NCBI RefSeq assembly: GCF_039541335.1
Contig: NZ_BAABGA010000029.1
Span: 211,215-275,214, forward strand
DNA from: Novipirellula rosea
Lineage (GTDB): Bacteria > Planctomycetota > Planctomycetia > Pirellulales > Pirellulaceae
Direction: 5' to 3'
Length of the DNA: 64,000 nucleotides
A program made the position numbers and the translations under genes. Under the pieces are notes generated by a model, which saw only the letters and a program-made list of their open reading frames with translations, ran no database searches and was not told where the DNA came from. Below are positions 1 to 9,591 of the stretch, piece after piece (the first letter of the stretch is position 1; each line of letters begins with the position of its first letter).

Positions 1-385
1 CAATGTGGTTGCCGCTCCGATGCCAAGATCCAAGATTTCAGCATTGGCTTTTTCGATCCCATCCAGGATCGCGGGCCGCAGATCTGCATCGGGGGCCGAC
101 GCGGCGACCATTTCGGCGATGCAGTGCACCGCGATCGCCGACGCTTTGTAGCCAAGCGGGCAGCCGCCCACTCCGTCAGCCACCGCCATCACCAACGCAC
201 CCCCAGCCGTGCGAACCACTACCGAACTATCATCGTTGGGTTCGATCTTGCCTGGACACCTCCGCGAAATCGAAATCACGGATCCCGACAGCATCGGCAG
301 CGAGCGTGGTTCGCCCATATCGCTTTCAATGCAGAACTCGAGCAGCGTTTCGGGGATGGTGGAGAGCATGGTAGGCGGAATCATA
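1..385 (-). CDS. PP2C-family Ser/Thr protein phosphatase (N-terminal part; runs off the window start)
   Basis: Minus-strand translation from ATG ~385 reads MIPPT...SRRCPGKIEPNDDSSVVV...LVMAVADGVGG...ASAIAVHCIAEMV...LDLGIGAATTL. This matches PP2C motifs (GxxRxxNED, AVADGMGG, GMGTTL). It is absent from the ORF track because no stop lies inside the window. It sits 45 bp downstream of the kinase on the same strand. Confidence 0.65.
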
Positions 386-430
386 ACCCACCCGCAGGTG
401 GAGGGGGGAAGAATTAGCGTGTACCTAATT

Positions 431-1255
431 CTAGCCCGTGACTCGGTTCCGACGAGAGAAGCGGATCGCTTTCAGTCGAGTTTGTTCAAAGACCGATAGC
501 ATTTGAGGCGCATCCCGATAACGATGGCGGGGGTTAACTTCAAGTGATTTGCGGATTACAGCGATTAAATCACCGTGAGCACGCCGGCGGAGCTGTGCAG
601 CCCCCTCTAGTGGCCACTCAAACGGGTATTCAGGCCACTTACCGGAAAAAATCCTATAAGCGATCAAACCGATCGAAAAGACGTCCGAGCGGGTCGATGG
701 TTTCCCCATCGCCTGTTCCGGAGCCATGTGTCCGAGGGTTCCGGTTCCCGAACCGCTAATCGTGGTTTGGGCCGCCTTGGCGATCCCAAAGTCGCCTAGC
801 CGAATCACATTGTCCTCGAATAACAAAATGTTCTCGGGCTTGATGTCACAGTGGATGACCCCCTGCTCGTGCGCGTATGCGACCCCTTCGAGCAATTGGC
901 TAACGTAGTCAAACGCCAACTCGAACCCGATCCGCTTTTGGATGCGATCCGCCAGCGTGCGTTCTCCCATGGGGGCAACGATCACGAAGTGGCCTTCGAT
1001 AAAGGCGGCATCGCGAATCGGCAAGATGTTGGGGTGATCCAATTGGACCGTCAAACGCGCTTCGCGGCGAAACTCTTCGAGCAGTTGCGGTGAAACCAAT
1101 TCCGGGGACGGAATCTTCAGCGCCACTTTGATCCCAAGCAAGGTATCAAACGCAGCATAAACGGTCGCAAATCCCCCCGCGCCAAGCCGTCTTTCAATCC
1201 GATATTTTCCAAGTCGCGTACCAACGCGGACAGGGGACTTGGGTTTGGTGTGCAT
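431..1255 (-). CDS. Ser/Thr protein kinase (Hanks-type)
   Basis: GAGGFATVY glycine loop, VALK, HCDIKPENIL catalytic loop, DFGIA, APE motif. 274 aa, kinase domain only. Confidence 0.9.
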   Translation of the reverse strand: MHTKPKSPVRVGTRLGKYRIERRLGAGGFATVYAAFDTLLGIKVALKIPSPELVSPQLLEEFRREARLTVQLDHPNILPIRDAAFIEGHFVIVAPMGERTLADRIQKRIGFELAFDYVSQLLEGVAYAHEQGVIHCDIKPENILLFEDNVIRLGDFGIAKAAQTTISGSGTGTLGHMAPEQAMGKPSTRSDVFSIGLIAYRIFSGKWPEYPFEWPLEGAAQLRRRAHGDLIAVIRKSLEVNPRHRYRDAPQMLSVFEQTRLKAIRFSRRNRVTG

Positions 1256-1451
1256 GAAAGACGTGAGGCAATTTGGGAGAGAAACAAAAAAGGAATCGTG
1301 ATGTCCAACGTGTCATGACATCCGATAGGTCTCGGCGAATGCTTTGATTATCGTTAGCGATCCGCGACTCGGAAAGATGTAGCGAAGAGATTTCTCAGGC
1401 AATCCGCTGCACGCATACTCGAGTGTCTGCGAAATCGCGGCGAACGTCAAA

Positions 1452-2514
1452 TCACTCGGCGACCATTTCGCCGAGCGTCGTATCGAATTGCTCGGGATCG
1501 ACGTTTACATCGCCGTGATGCACACATTGCTGTGGATCCACACGATGGGCTAGTGCGTAGTAGTAGTCCAGTCGCGATGCGGAAGCGAGCGAGAAGTAGC
1601 AGTTCGGCGTCTCTTCAACGGCATCACGGATCTCGAGCACGCGGCTTTGCGGCGTCATCATCATCATGTTGGTCAGCCCCGCGCCGTGGTTGGAAACGAG
1701 ATATTTCGCGTTAGCAGCGACTTGGACCTGGACCCGCCAATCGTGTTGTTCGGCCGTAAATACGGTGAATCCGTGTTTCTTCAGCACCGGCATTATCGCT
1801 TCTTCGTTGGCGACACGCCGCCGCGTTGCCATGCTGCGGCTGATGTAAACGCGATCGCCAAATTTGCTCACTGCGGCGTGGTCCTGGGCCGTAGCCGACT
1901 CGGGCAAATAGCTGCTGAACCGCTGGTGCATTCGCTGGATGATCGGTTGGTTGTGATTGCCCGTCACGGCCACATGCGACGGTAAAATTAGGTTGTGGCA
2001 CAGCACCCGTTCGAACCGTTTTAAGAATCGAACCTCGCCAAGCCCGAAGGGAATCAAGCTTTGCCGCATGTAGGCGTGCTTGCGATATTTGTAGGGCAAC
2101 AGCAGCGTCATCGCCGACAAGTCATGCGATTGGGACGCCATTTCTAAACGCGGCAAGGCGTCGCACATCCAGTGGTAATAGCCACAGCTCCAATTGTCGG
2201 TGATCCAGATTGTGGGAGACTGGATGACCGAGCGAGATTGAATTAGACGTTCGGCAGCGGCACGCAAATGCCCGCGTTCACGCCGCCACGTTTCGGCATG
2301 GGCCGGCGTCACAAAACTCTCTTGTAAGTAGCGTCCTTCGTGACGCAGCGGACCTCGGCCAAACGCCTCTACCCCTCGCAATCGCTCGATCGATGCGGGT
2401 GAGATTTCTTGATACCGACACGAGGCAAAAAGCTGGACGTCGCGGGACCGTAGATTTTTTGGGAAATTGCGGACACTGGTGTGTAGCGGCAGGGTGATTT
2501 CGAGAGTGCCCATG
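1452..2514 (-). CDS. Glycosyltransferase family 61 (DUF563-type)
   Basis: The HGAGLTN motif near the C-terminus is typical of GT61/DUF563. The track ORF extends to 2699, but its first ~60 aa are low-complexity, so the likely start is the internal Met at ~2514 (MGTLEITLPL). Confidence 0.55.
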
Positions 2515-2682
2515 CGTGGTTCCCAACAAGAAAAGAGTGTGTCAGAGAGGGAAAATTGACCCGAGCTTCCGCGTCTGGTGCATCCAACACCCCTCCGGTA
2601 ACAAAACGGCAGCAGCGAAGTCAAGGTGAAAACAGAAAATCGACGCCTCAATGGGATCCCGCGCCCTGCGTTGTTTGGCCCA

Positions 2683-2745
2683 TTCCTAATCCAGCCCATT
2701 CTTAATCCAGCCCATTCTTAATCCAGCACGTTCCTAATTTCGCAC
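2683..2745. repeat. 16-bp tandem repeat (CCCATTCTTAATCCAG x3 plus degenerate copies)
   Basis: Direct reading: ccattcctaatccagcccattcttaatccagcccattcttaatccagcacgttcctaatttcgcacgttc. It is intergenic, between the hydrolase stop and the GT61 5' region. Confidence 0.6.
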
Positions 2746-3375
2746 GTTCACAAAAGCTCCCCACAACGCGATATAGATCACCACGACCACGAGCGTTAGC
2801 AGGGCGATTTGCTGAGCTTGATTGGGCTTCTTTAGCTCGACAATCATGGCGATGGCGAACACGATCGTGACGCCGACGTTGCCCCAGGGGACCAGCGGAT
2901 AGATGAACTGAAAGTGCGAGAAAGGCCACAGCGGTTTCAGCGCCCAGTCGCTCAGACCTACGGCTCCCGAAACCACGGCGTCGGCAGGGATCTGGCTGAG
3001 CGCTGCCACGGTCGCGACGCTGATCCAGACGCACCAGCTGCGGGTGGAAAACGATTGCCGGCGTTCGATCGACGTCGCCAGTTCTTTCAAGGGTCCGTAC
3101 CGTGTGATTCGAGCGGCGGCGCGGCCGCTGAGATCCAACCGGTAATCCGCCGTCCCCAGCAGCAAACCGAGCACGCAGCAAGCCAGCAGGTTGTGTCCCC
3201 ACACGCGATGCCCCGCCTCGAACCGGCTCATGTCGATCAACATCGGCACTCCGTCCCAGTCTGGCGCGATCGCAGCGACGCCAGCGAGCGCAACAATTTT
3301 CCAGCCGTGGTGACGATGTAATCCGGCAGCCAAGGCTCCGTTGATCCCCAGCAGTGCGTGCTCGAACGTCGTCAT
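2734..3375 (-). CDS. Membrane-bound metal-dependent hydrolase (DUF457/YdjM-like)
   Basis: Polytopic membrane protein with His-rich N-terminal motifs (HRHHGW, HRVWGHNL) typical of the LexA-regulated inner-membrane hydrolase family. Confidence 0.45.
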   Translation of the reverse strand: MTTFEHALLGINGALAAGLHRHHGWKIVALAGVAAIAPDWDGVPMLIDMSRFEAGHRVWGHNLLACCVLGLLLGTADYRLDLSGRAAARITRYGPLKELATSIERRQSFSTRSWCVWISVATVAALSQIPADAVVSGAVGLSDWALKPLWPFSHFQFIYPLVPWGNVGVTIVFAIAMIVELKKPNQAQQIALLTLVVVVIYIALWGAFVNVRN

Positions 3376-3429
3376 CGTAGAAAGGAGTCCGTCGCAATAG
3401 AAAAGAACGCTCGTAACGAACGTTCTATT

Positions 3430-4347
3430 CTAGCGATGATCCGCCGTCGGTGCGGTTGCGGTCCGCGGTGGTCGCGACGAATGAACCAGTTCGTTTTGCC
3501 GACGGTTTACATTCTTGATGACCTCGACAAACTGCTGCTTCGTCTCACGCGGGACTTGGGGCAAACGGTGAGCCAGATCGATCATTGAGTGTGGGTTACG
3601 CTGCGACGCGGCCGAGATTTGACTCAAGAAGCGAGCGGTCTCGATAAAGTTGCTGTCCGCCGAGCGGCCGATGAACCCGCTAAACGTGCGAGCAATTAGA
3701 TCGGCACTCAAACTGTCCAACTGCACAAAACAGTCCAACGTCCCCGTGACCGTCGTTTCACCCGAGGCCGATTTTGCATACGTGCTGCGGAACACAAACA
3801 CGCCGCGTCCTTTGATTGGGCTGGCAACCAATTTGCCATCGTACGATCCATCGGCAACATAGATATGCATATTCGGGTCGCCGTAGACTAGGTCGACAAC
3901 GCAGTGAGTACCGCTGCCATCAGACGCATCAAGCTGATACGGCGCGATGCGTTTGGTGGTCACCTGGGTGACTCCCATCACATCCCACATACCGACAAGG
4001 ATTTCGGGATTCCGAGCGATCAGCAAAAACAGATCTCGATCGCAACTAATCGCCTGGGTCGGCAATTGGCGAAAGATCGTAGGCGAATTGGCGATCGACA
4101 GGATCCGCTGCTGCGCATCCACGGTCAATCGCTGCATCGGCAAGCTTGCCAATACTTCGCGACGGCGCTCGATCGACGCGGTCCCGCTTTGGCCGTCATC
4201 GGAATTCCCGATGCCGGCACCGAAACGGTCCAACAGCCCCTGGGCCGACGCGGTGGTTGTTGACAACACCAACGTCAGCAGCAGTGCCGCTGTGAGCGCG
4301 CATCTCCCACCTACGATTCGTTGAATCGATCCCCCCGGCACCGTCAT
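3430..4347 (-). CDS. Secreted hypothetical protein
   Basis: N-terminal signal peptide (ALTAALLLTLVLSTTTASAQG), 305 aa, no recognisable domain. Confidence 0.45.
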   Translation of the reverse strand: MTVPGGSIQRIVGGRCALTAALLLTLVLSTTTASAQGLLDRFGAGIGNSDDGQSGTASIERRREVLASLPMQRLTVDAQQRILSIANSPTIFRQLPTQAISCDRDLFLLIARNPEILVGMWDVMGVTQVTTKRIAPYQLDASDGSGTHCVVDLVYGDPNMHIYVADGSYDGKLVASPIKGRGVFVFRSTYAKSASGETTVTGTLDCFVQLDSLSADLIARTFSGFIGRSADSNFIETARFLSQISAASQRNPHSMIDLAHRLPQVPRETKQQFVEVIKNVNRRQNELVHSSRPPRTATAPTADHR

Positions 4348-4542
4348 CCCCCACCGTGTTTTTTGCCGCAGTCCACCAACCGCGACGAGCTTCGTGATCC
4401 GCTAAGTGCAGACCCCTGTGCTTAAGATGAAGTTTCGGCGATTCAGGAGTATCGAGTTGAGGAAAACTGTGCCGAGTGGAGCGGTTGTTGGAGTTGTCAC
4501 TGCATTGACGACACGGGGATTGCTATCGCGATCGTCGCTATT

Positions 4543-5157
4543 TCAGCCACGTTTTCGCCACAATCGGACGTCGTTGGGACCGCAAAATTGCATCAATAGA
4601 GCTCCACTGGACGCGTAGCGATCGAACACTCGCTCGTGAAAATCGTCCTCGCCCGGCCAGGGGTAGGAGTAGACGATCGCAAAATCATCCAGTTCCAAAC
4701 CGAGCGCCGCGTAGCCGCAGGGGACGTCATGCCCCAGACTCGGCAGCGTCGGATCATCGGCAAGCGATTCGCTATCGGCAGGCAAAAAGTTTCCATGGAT
4801 CAGTTCGACATCCGCTTTCCATTCGTCGACCAAGCGACGGCCTTGCGCTAGCAACTCCGACTCGGCTTCGATTCCAATCACATCCAAATCGAGCGTCGAG
4901 GCAAGCGCACTGACCACCGCAAAACCGCAGCCCCATTCCAGGAACCGTTTGCCGATCAACATTTGCGATTCCAGCGCCCAGCCAAGCGATTGGTAAACCA
5001 GTTCGTAATCGGCGGCGACGAACTGTTCGATTTGCGGTTGGTCCCAGCGATCTTGGAACGCTTCGATCCGCTGCCGCGCGTCGCTGATCCACAACTGGAT
5101 TTCTGCGGGTGGGGTTCGCCGATCAACGGACGAGGGGATGGCGATTCGTTCTAACAA
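4543..5157 (-). CDS. Putative SAM-dependent methyltransferase
   Basis: Glycine-rich motif I-like segment LEWGCGFAV followed by an acidic residue in the IGIE loop. Weak class I MTase signature. Confidence 0.4.
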   Translation of the reverse strand: MLERIAIPSSVDRRTPPAEIQLWISDARQRIEAFQDRWDQPQIEQFVAADYELVYQSLGWALESQMLIGKRFLEWGCGFAVVSALASTLDLDVIGIEAESELLAQGRRLVDEWKADVELIHGNFLPADSESLADDPTLPSLGHDVPCGYAALGLELDDFAIVYSYPWPGEDDFHERVFDRYASSGALLMQFCGPNDVRLWRKRG

Positions 5158-5237
5158 GGAAGTGCTTTCGATAGCTTGGGTTGCGGACCTGCATTTTCTA
5201 GCCGCACTCGCGCCCCCGCCCTAAAATTTCCATCCGC

Positions 5238-5657
5238 TCACGGCGCGTCTGAGTTGGGTTGGTCGGATTCGGGTGGGGCTGAGTCGGGCAGTACATCGAG
5301 TTCGGGTTTGGTGCAGCCAGCCCATCCAAGCACTTCGATGTCGGTTTGGGAAGCCCAGCGACTTTGGTTGCCCCACAAGGGTTCGAGACAAACCGGGCAG
5401 CGAGCGTCACAGCCATTGGGGTATTGATGCCGCGACGTCAGATCCGGCTCGAGCCAGATCGCGTCGCACTCGTCACACACCACCAATCCATGAGGCAGCG
5501 GGGGATCGTTGACGTTGGATGAATCTACGGACTTGGGTGGTTTTTCCGTTGGCTCGGGCAAACCGCAAATGCGAACCCCGCACAATCCACCGCCGCAATT
5601 CGGACAGTAGTCAACTGAATGTCTTGGGCTCACGATGGTGGGGTCTCCGAAAAACAC
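5238..5657 (-). CDS. Cys-rich zinc-ribbon protein
   Basis: Four CxxC pairs (CPNC, CDEC, CPVC and others), 139 aa. Confidence 0.4.
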   Translation of the reverse strand: MFFGDPTIVSPRHSVDYCPNCGGGLCGVRICGLPEPTEKPPKSVDSSNVNDPPLPHGLVVCDECDAIWLEPDLTSRHQYPNGCDARCPVCLEPLWGNQSRWASQTDIEVLGWAGCTKPELDVLPDSAPPESDQPNSDAP

Positions 5658-5729
5658 GCGGACAGCGAAAATAGACAGGGAAAATAGAGAGGGAAAATAG
5701 CCGGGAAAACGGACGTAGGACGGTGCTCG

Positions 5730-6395
5730 CTACAGCGGGTACGCAGTGATGACGCGTGTTCCCTCCAATACAATGCGGACACGACGTGCCATGGGATTGC
5801 GTTTGCGAGCGCCATCACGTCCCCCGACAAATCCGATTCGGCTACCGAGATCAACGGTATAGATGGTCCGCCCGTCATCGACGCGTGTGGTCGTTTTTGT
5901 GCCTTGCTTGGCTTTCAAATAGGCGCGGTCAATCGTCTTAAGCGCTCCCTCCATGTCGCCATCGAAAACACCGTGGCTGCCCGGTCGCGAAGGGTCATCC
6001 TTGATGTGCCGCCGCAAGTGTTCGAGCCGATGGCCCTCGGCACTGCCCGGGGTGTACTGCAATCCAGCGGGCGAAAGATAGCGATCTGTGGAAACCTCAC
6101 GCAGCAATCCGTATTTCAGCTCGGGCTCAGACTTCGACTCGGATTGTGCTGCCGATTCGGATTGTGGCGTCGACTGTGATTGCGGTGTCTTTTGGGGCTC
6201 GAACTTCGGTTCGGCCACCACCGCGACTTCGCCCGCATCGTCAGATCGAAGCTGCGGCAGATTCCAGCCAAAGCGGGCATTCAGCTCCGGTTGGACGAGG
6301 GAGTATACCCCCACAAGGACGAGGGTTCCGATCGCCCCGAGCGACGACTTCCCTACTGTCAGGGGATTTTTCCCAGCAGGCTCGGATTTATCCAT
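5730..6395 (-). CDS. Membrane-anchored/secreted hypothetical protein with Ser/Pro/Gln-rich linker and a C-terminal globular domain
   Basis: N-terminal TM/signal segment (LGAIGTLVLVGVYSLV), low-complexity linker (TPQSQSTPQSESAAQSESKSEPE), and a ~110-aa C-terminal domain. Confidence 0.45.
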   Translation of the reverse strand: MDKSEPAGKNPLTVGKSSLGAIGTLVLVGVYSLVQPELNARFGWNLPQLRSDDAGEVAVVAEPKFEPQKTPQSQSTPQSESAAQSESKSEPELKYGLLREVSTDRYLSPAGLQYTPGSAEGHRLEHLRRHIKDDPSRPGSHGVFDGDMEGALKTIDRAYLKAKQGTKTTTRVDDGRTIYTVDLGSRIGFVGGRDGARKRNPMARRVRIVLEGTRVITAYPL

Positions 6396-6577
6396 CTCGT
6401 ATTCCCGTCAGAGTAACCTAGATTAGTAGACTCGCAGCGAAATCAAGTCATGATGGCCTGCCTTGCAAACCCCTGGAATCGTGAGAAGATGGGAAGCTTG
6501 CCTGGCGTGATCGTCGCATTGCGATCGTACCTGTACTAAAGATCATACACATTTACAGCAGAAAAGAGGAAAGCAGC

Positions 6578-6985
6578 GTGAAGAACGTTCTACGTGCCGT
6601 GTTGATGTTCACCCTTCTACTTGTGGTTTTGGGGCTCGACGTCCAGACGACGAAAGCGGCCGAGCCCGGCTGGTCGCCGATCATCATTCCCACAGGTGCC
6701 TATCGGCAAGAGATTAAATCGATGCCGATCGAACAGCGTCCCTATCGTCCGGGGCATTTTTATGGCAACACCGTTCGGCGTATGCATTATCGCGGCGAAG
6801 TTCTGCCACGCCCCACCGATTTGCCTGTAACTCAGAGCGTCGTACCGAGCGTGGTCGGCCAGCCTGCCGCGTCGAATTATCAATATGCCCCTTTGGCATA
6901 CCCAAGCATGGGAACAAGTAACGCGTCTACGACCTCGAACCCAATGGGACTTCGTCGTCTCTTCTCGAATCGCAATCGGTTCTAA
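6578..6985 (+). CDS. Small secreted hypothetical protein
   Basis: Signal peptide MFTLLLVVLGLDVQTTKAA, 135 aa. Confidence 0.4.
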   Translation: MKNVLRAVLMFTLLLVVLGLDVQTTKAAEPGWSPIIIPTGAYRQEIKSMPIEQRPYRPGHFYGNTVRRMHYRGEVLPRPTDLPVTQSVVPSVVGQPAASNYQYAPLAYPSMGTSNASTTSNPMGLRRLFSNRNRF

Positions 6986-7296
6986 CGTTTTTAAGGAATG
7001 GAGGATGCATTTGTCGAAGCCCCTCCGAGCTACTACGCTGAAGTACACTGTAGTTGCGTGAGCGAAGGGACGAAGAAGAGAAGGGCGAAGAAGAGATTGC
7101 ATCGCCACAATCTTGTTACCGCCCCAACTGATTCGTCTCCGACGTTTTCGTGACGACCGATCCGTTGCCACCGACGGTTGTTCCGGCCTAGCGGAACGAG
7201 CCAACAAAAACTTTGACGCCCATCCATTCCTTCGCGCTCTTCGGACCCGATATTCTCGAGTCAGAAAACGCGTAGCAAGACGCAGAGTACCGTGTT

Positions 7297-9585
7297 ATGT
7301 CATCACTCGATCCGTCCACCGCGACCCCCTTGCCGCAGTGGATCGGTATCCGTGCCCAACGACATGGTGATCGGCTTGCGTTGACGTTCATCGACGATGA
7401 CGGCGGCATGACACAATGGACATACCGCGATCTTTGGTCGCGTGTTTGCGAGTTTGCAGCGCGGATGCCTGAGGTCGATCAAGATCAACCTCGCGCTCTG
7501 TTGTTATTCCCACCAGGACTCGAATTCGTAGCAGGCTTCTTCGCAGCCCACGTCGCCGGCTGGGTTCCTGTGCCGACCTGTTACCCCAAACCAGGCCGGG
7601 TGATGGAACGGCTCGATTCGGCCGCACGCGACTGCCATCCCTCGGCCATCATTGCAGACACCGAAACATTAGCGGGAATGGATCCCGAAAAACTGTGCGA
7701 CGCGGCACGTGATATCCCTCGTCTTGCGACCGACGCCTCCGTGCCACCGCTCGGAACAGACAAACCGCAGCACTGGATCGATCCGCATTCACTGTCGATC
7801 GACCCTGACTCGCTCGCGCTACTGCAATACACCAGCGGCAGCACCAGCCATCCCAAGGGTGTGATGGTTCGTCATCGCAATGTGATGGCCAACCTCGAAG
7901 CGATTCGGCGAGGATTTCAAATCCCCTGGATCGATGATGATCCCAATCAAACCGAATCCGGCGTTTTCTGGCTGCCGTTTTTCCACGACATGGGGCTGAT
8001 TGGCGGATTGTTAGCATCGCTATACATGGGCCGGTCCACCGTGTTCATCAGCCCGCGAGCCTTCCTGCAGCGGCCGCTTCGCTGGTTGCAGTTGATCAGC
8101 GATTACAAGGCGACGATCAGCGGTGCCCCTAACTTTGCCTACCAATTGTGTATCGATCGCATCTCACCTGATCAAACCGATTCGCTGGATCTATCGAATT
8201 GGCGAACAGCGTTCTGTGGTGCGGAACCGATTATGCCTCGCACGCTCAGCGATTTTGCGCACCGTTTCTCGAGCAGCAAATTTTCCGCCAGTTCGTTTTA
8301 TCCTTGTTACGGACTCGCCGAAGCCACATTGCTCGCCGCCGGCGGCAACGGGCCCGCAGAACCACGTTTGCTGAGCGTTTCTCGCGACAAACTGAGTGAA
8401 GGCCGCGTCGACATCCAACCCGAAGGCCGTGGCAAAGCGTTCCAAAAGCTTGTCGCGTGCGGTTCCGCTGTCGACCAAACCGAATTATTGATCGTCGATC
8501 CGCAGACCTTGTCCGTTTGCGAGGAACGAATCATTGGCGAAATCTGGATCAAAGGCGCCAGTGTCACCGCCGGCTATTGGAATCGCGACGAAGAGAATCG
8601 CCAGCGGTTTGCGGCGCTAACCGCGGATGGCCGCGTCGGATTTTGTCGTACCGGTGACCTTGGCTTTTTGGACGACGGGCAACTGTATGTGACCGGACGG
8701 ATCAAGGATGTCGTGATTCTGCGCGGCCGCAACTTGTATCCTCAAGATATCGAAGCGACGGTTCGCGAGATCATCGGCAGCGAAGGGGGCCAATGTGCGG
8801 CGTTCTCGGTCGACGGTCCACGCGGTGAAGGATTGGCGATCGTCGCCGAGGTTCCGCGGCACTGTGATGAAGCTGCGTTTCCCGAATGGGTGCGTTCGAT
8901 TCGCCGAAGCGTCATTGACGTTCACGAAGTCGATCCACGCAACGTGTTGCTATGTCGCCCCGCGACAGTGCCGCTAACGAGCAGCGGAAAAGTCCAGCGA
9001 CATCGATGTCGCAAAATGTTCGACGCCGACGAAATTCGCTGCAAGTATCGCTACGACCGCAAATTTCTGTCCGAGCAGGCGCCGATCGCGATCCCAAAAC
9101 TTCCCGAAAATCCCACCGCAGCGGATCGTGAGCCGCTGACGCGGATGATTGAAGCTTGGCTTGCCGAGTGGTTAGTGGTTCGCGCCGGAGTGGCTCCGCA
9201 GACCATCGAACTTGATAAACCGTTTGCCGACTACGGACTCGATTCGATGACATCGGTCGAACTCAGTGGTGAGACCGAAGATTGGTCGGGAATCGAGTTG
9301 ACTCCGATCGTGGCCTGGAACCATCCCACGGTGACACAACTGAGTCGCTTTATCGCCAAAGAGTTGATTGGTTCGGAAACGCCCGAAACGCTGCCCGACG
9401 ATGTGCCGTCAAGCGTGAATGCAACGCACAACGGCGCGCACAACGGTGCGCCTCGGTCCGAGTCCGTCGACGAGACGGTGTCGCAAGACGTGTCACCCGA
9501 AGAACTCGAAGCCTTATTAAGTGAAATCGAACAACTTTCGGACGCCGAGATCGACGCGGCCCTGAGCGACAAGAAAAAAACGTAA
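7297..9585 (+). CDS. Fatty acyl-AMP ligase (FAAL) with C-terminal acyl carrier domain
   Basis: LQYTSGSTSHPKGVMVRHRNV (FadD32-like FAAL motif) and an adenylation core. The C-terminal phosphopantetheine site is DYGLDSMTSVEL. It lies directly upstream of the PKS. Confidence 0.9.
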   Translation: MSSLDPSTATPLPQWIGIRAQRHGDRLALTFIDDDGGMTQWTYRDLWSRVCEFAARMPEVDQDQPRALLLFPPGLEFVAGFFAAHVAGWVPVPTCYPKPGRVMERLDSAARDCHPSAIIADTETLAGMDPEKLCDAARDIPRLATDASVPPLGTDKPQHWIDPHSLSIDPDSLALLQYTSGSTSHPKGVMVRHRNVMANLEAIRRGFQIPWIDDDPNQTESGVFWLPFFHDMGLIGGLLASLYMGRSTVFISPRAFLQRPLRWLQLISDYKATISGAPNFAYQLCIDRISPDQTDSLDLSNWRTAFCGAEPIMPRTLSDFAHRFSSSKFSASSFYPCYGLAEATLLAAGGNGPAEPRLLSVSRDKLSEGRVDIQPEGRGKAFQKLVACGSAVDQTELLIVDPQTLSVCEERIIGEIWIKGASVTAGYWNRDEENRQRFAALTADGRVGFCRTGDLGFLDDGQLYVTGRIKDVVILRGRNLYPQDIEATVREIIGSEGGQCAAFSVDGPRGEGLAIVAEVPRHCDEAAFPEWVRSIRRSVIDVHEVDPRNVLLCRPATVPLTSSGKVQRHRCRKMFDADEIRCKYRYDRKFLSEQAPIAIPKLPENPTAADREPLTRMIEAWLAEWLVVRAGVAPQTIELDKPFADYGLDSMTSVELSGETEDWSGIELTPIVAWNHPTVTQLSRFIAKELIGSETPETLPDDVPSSVNATHNGAHNGAPRSESVDETVSQDVSPEELEALLSEIEQLSDAEIDAALSDKKKT

Positions 9586-9591
9586 TCGCTG

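Noticed and set aside
3-499. Three overlapping plus-strand ORFs (3-374, 124-417, 209-499)
   Set aside because: Low-complexity, Arg/Pro-rich translations typical of high-GC antisense frames. The minus strand here encodes a convincing PP2C phosphatase.
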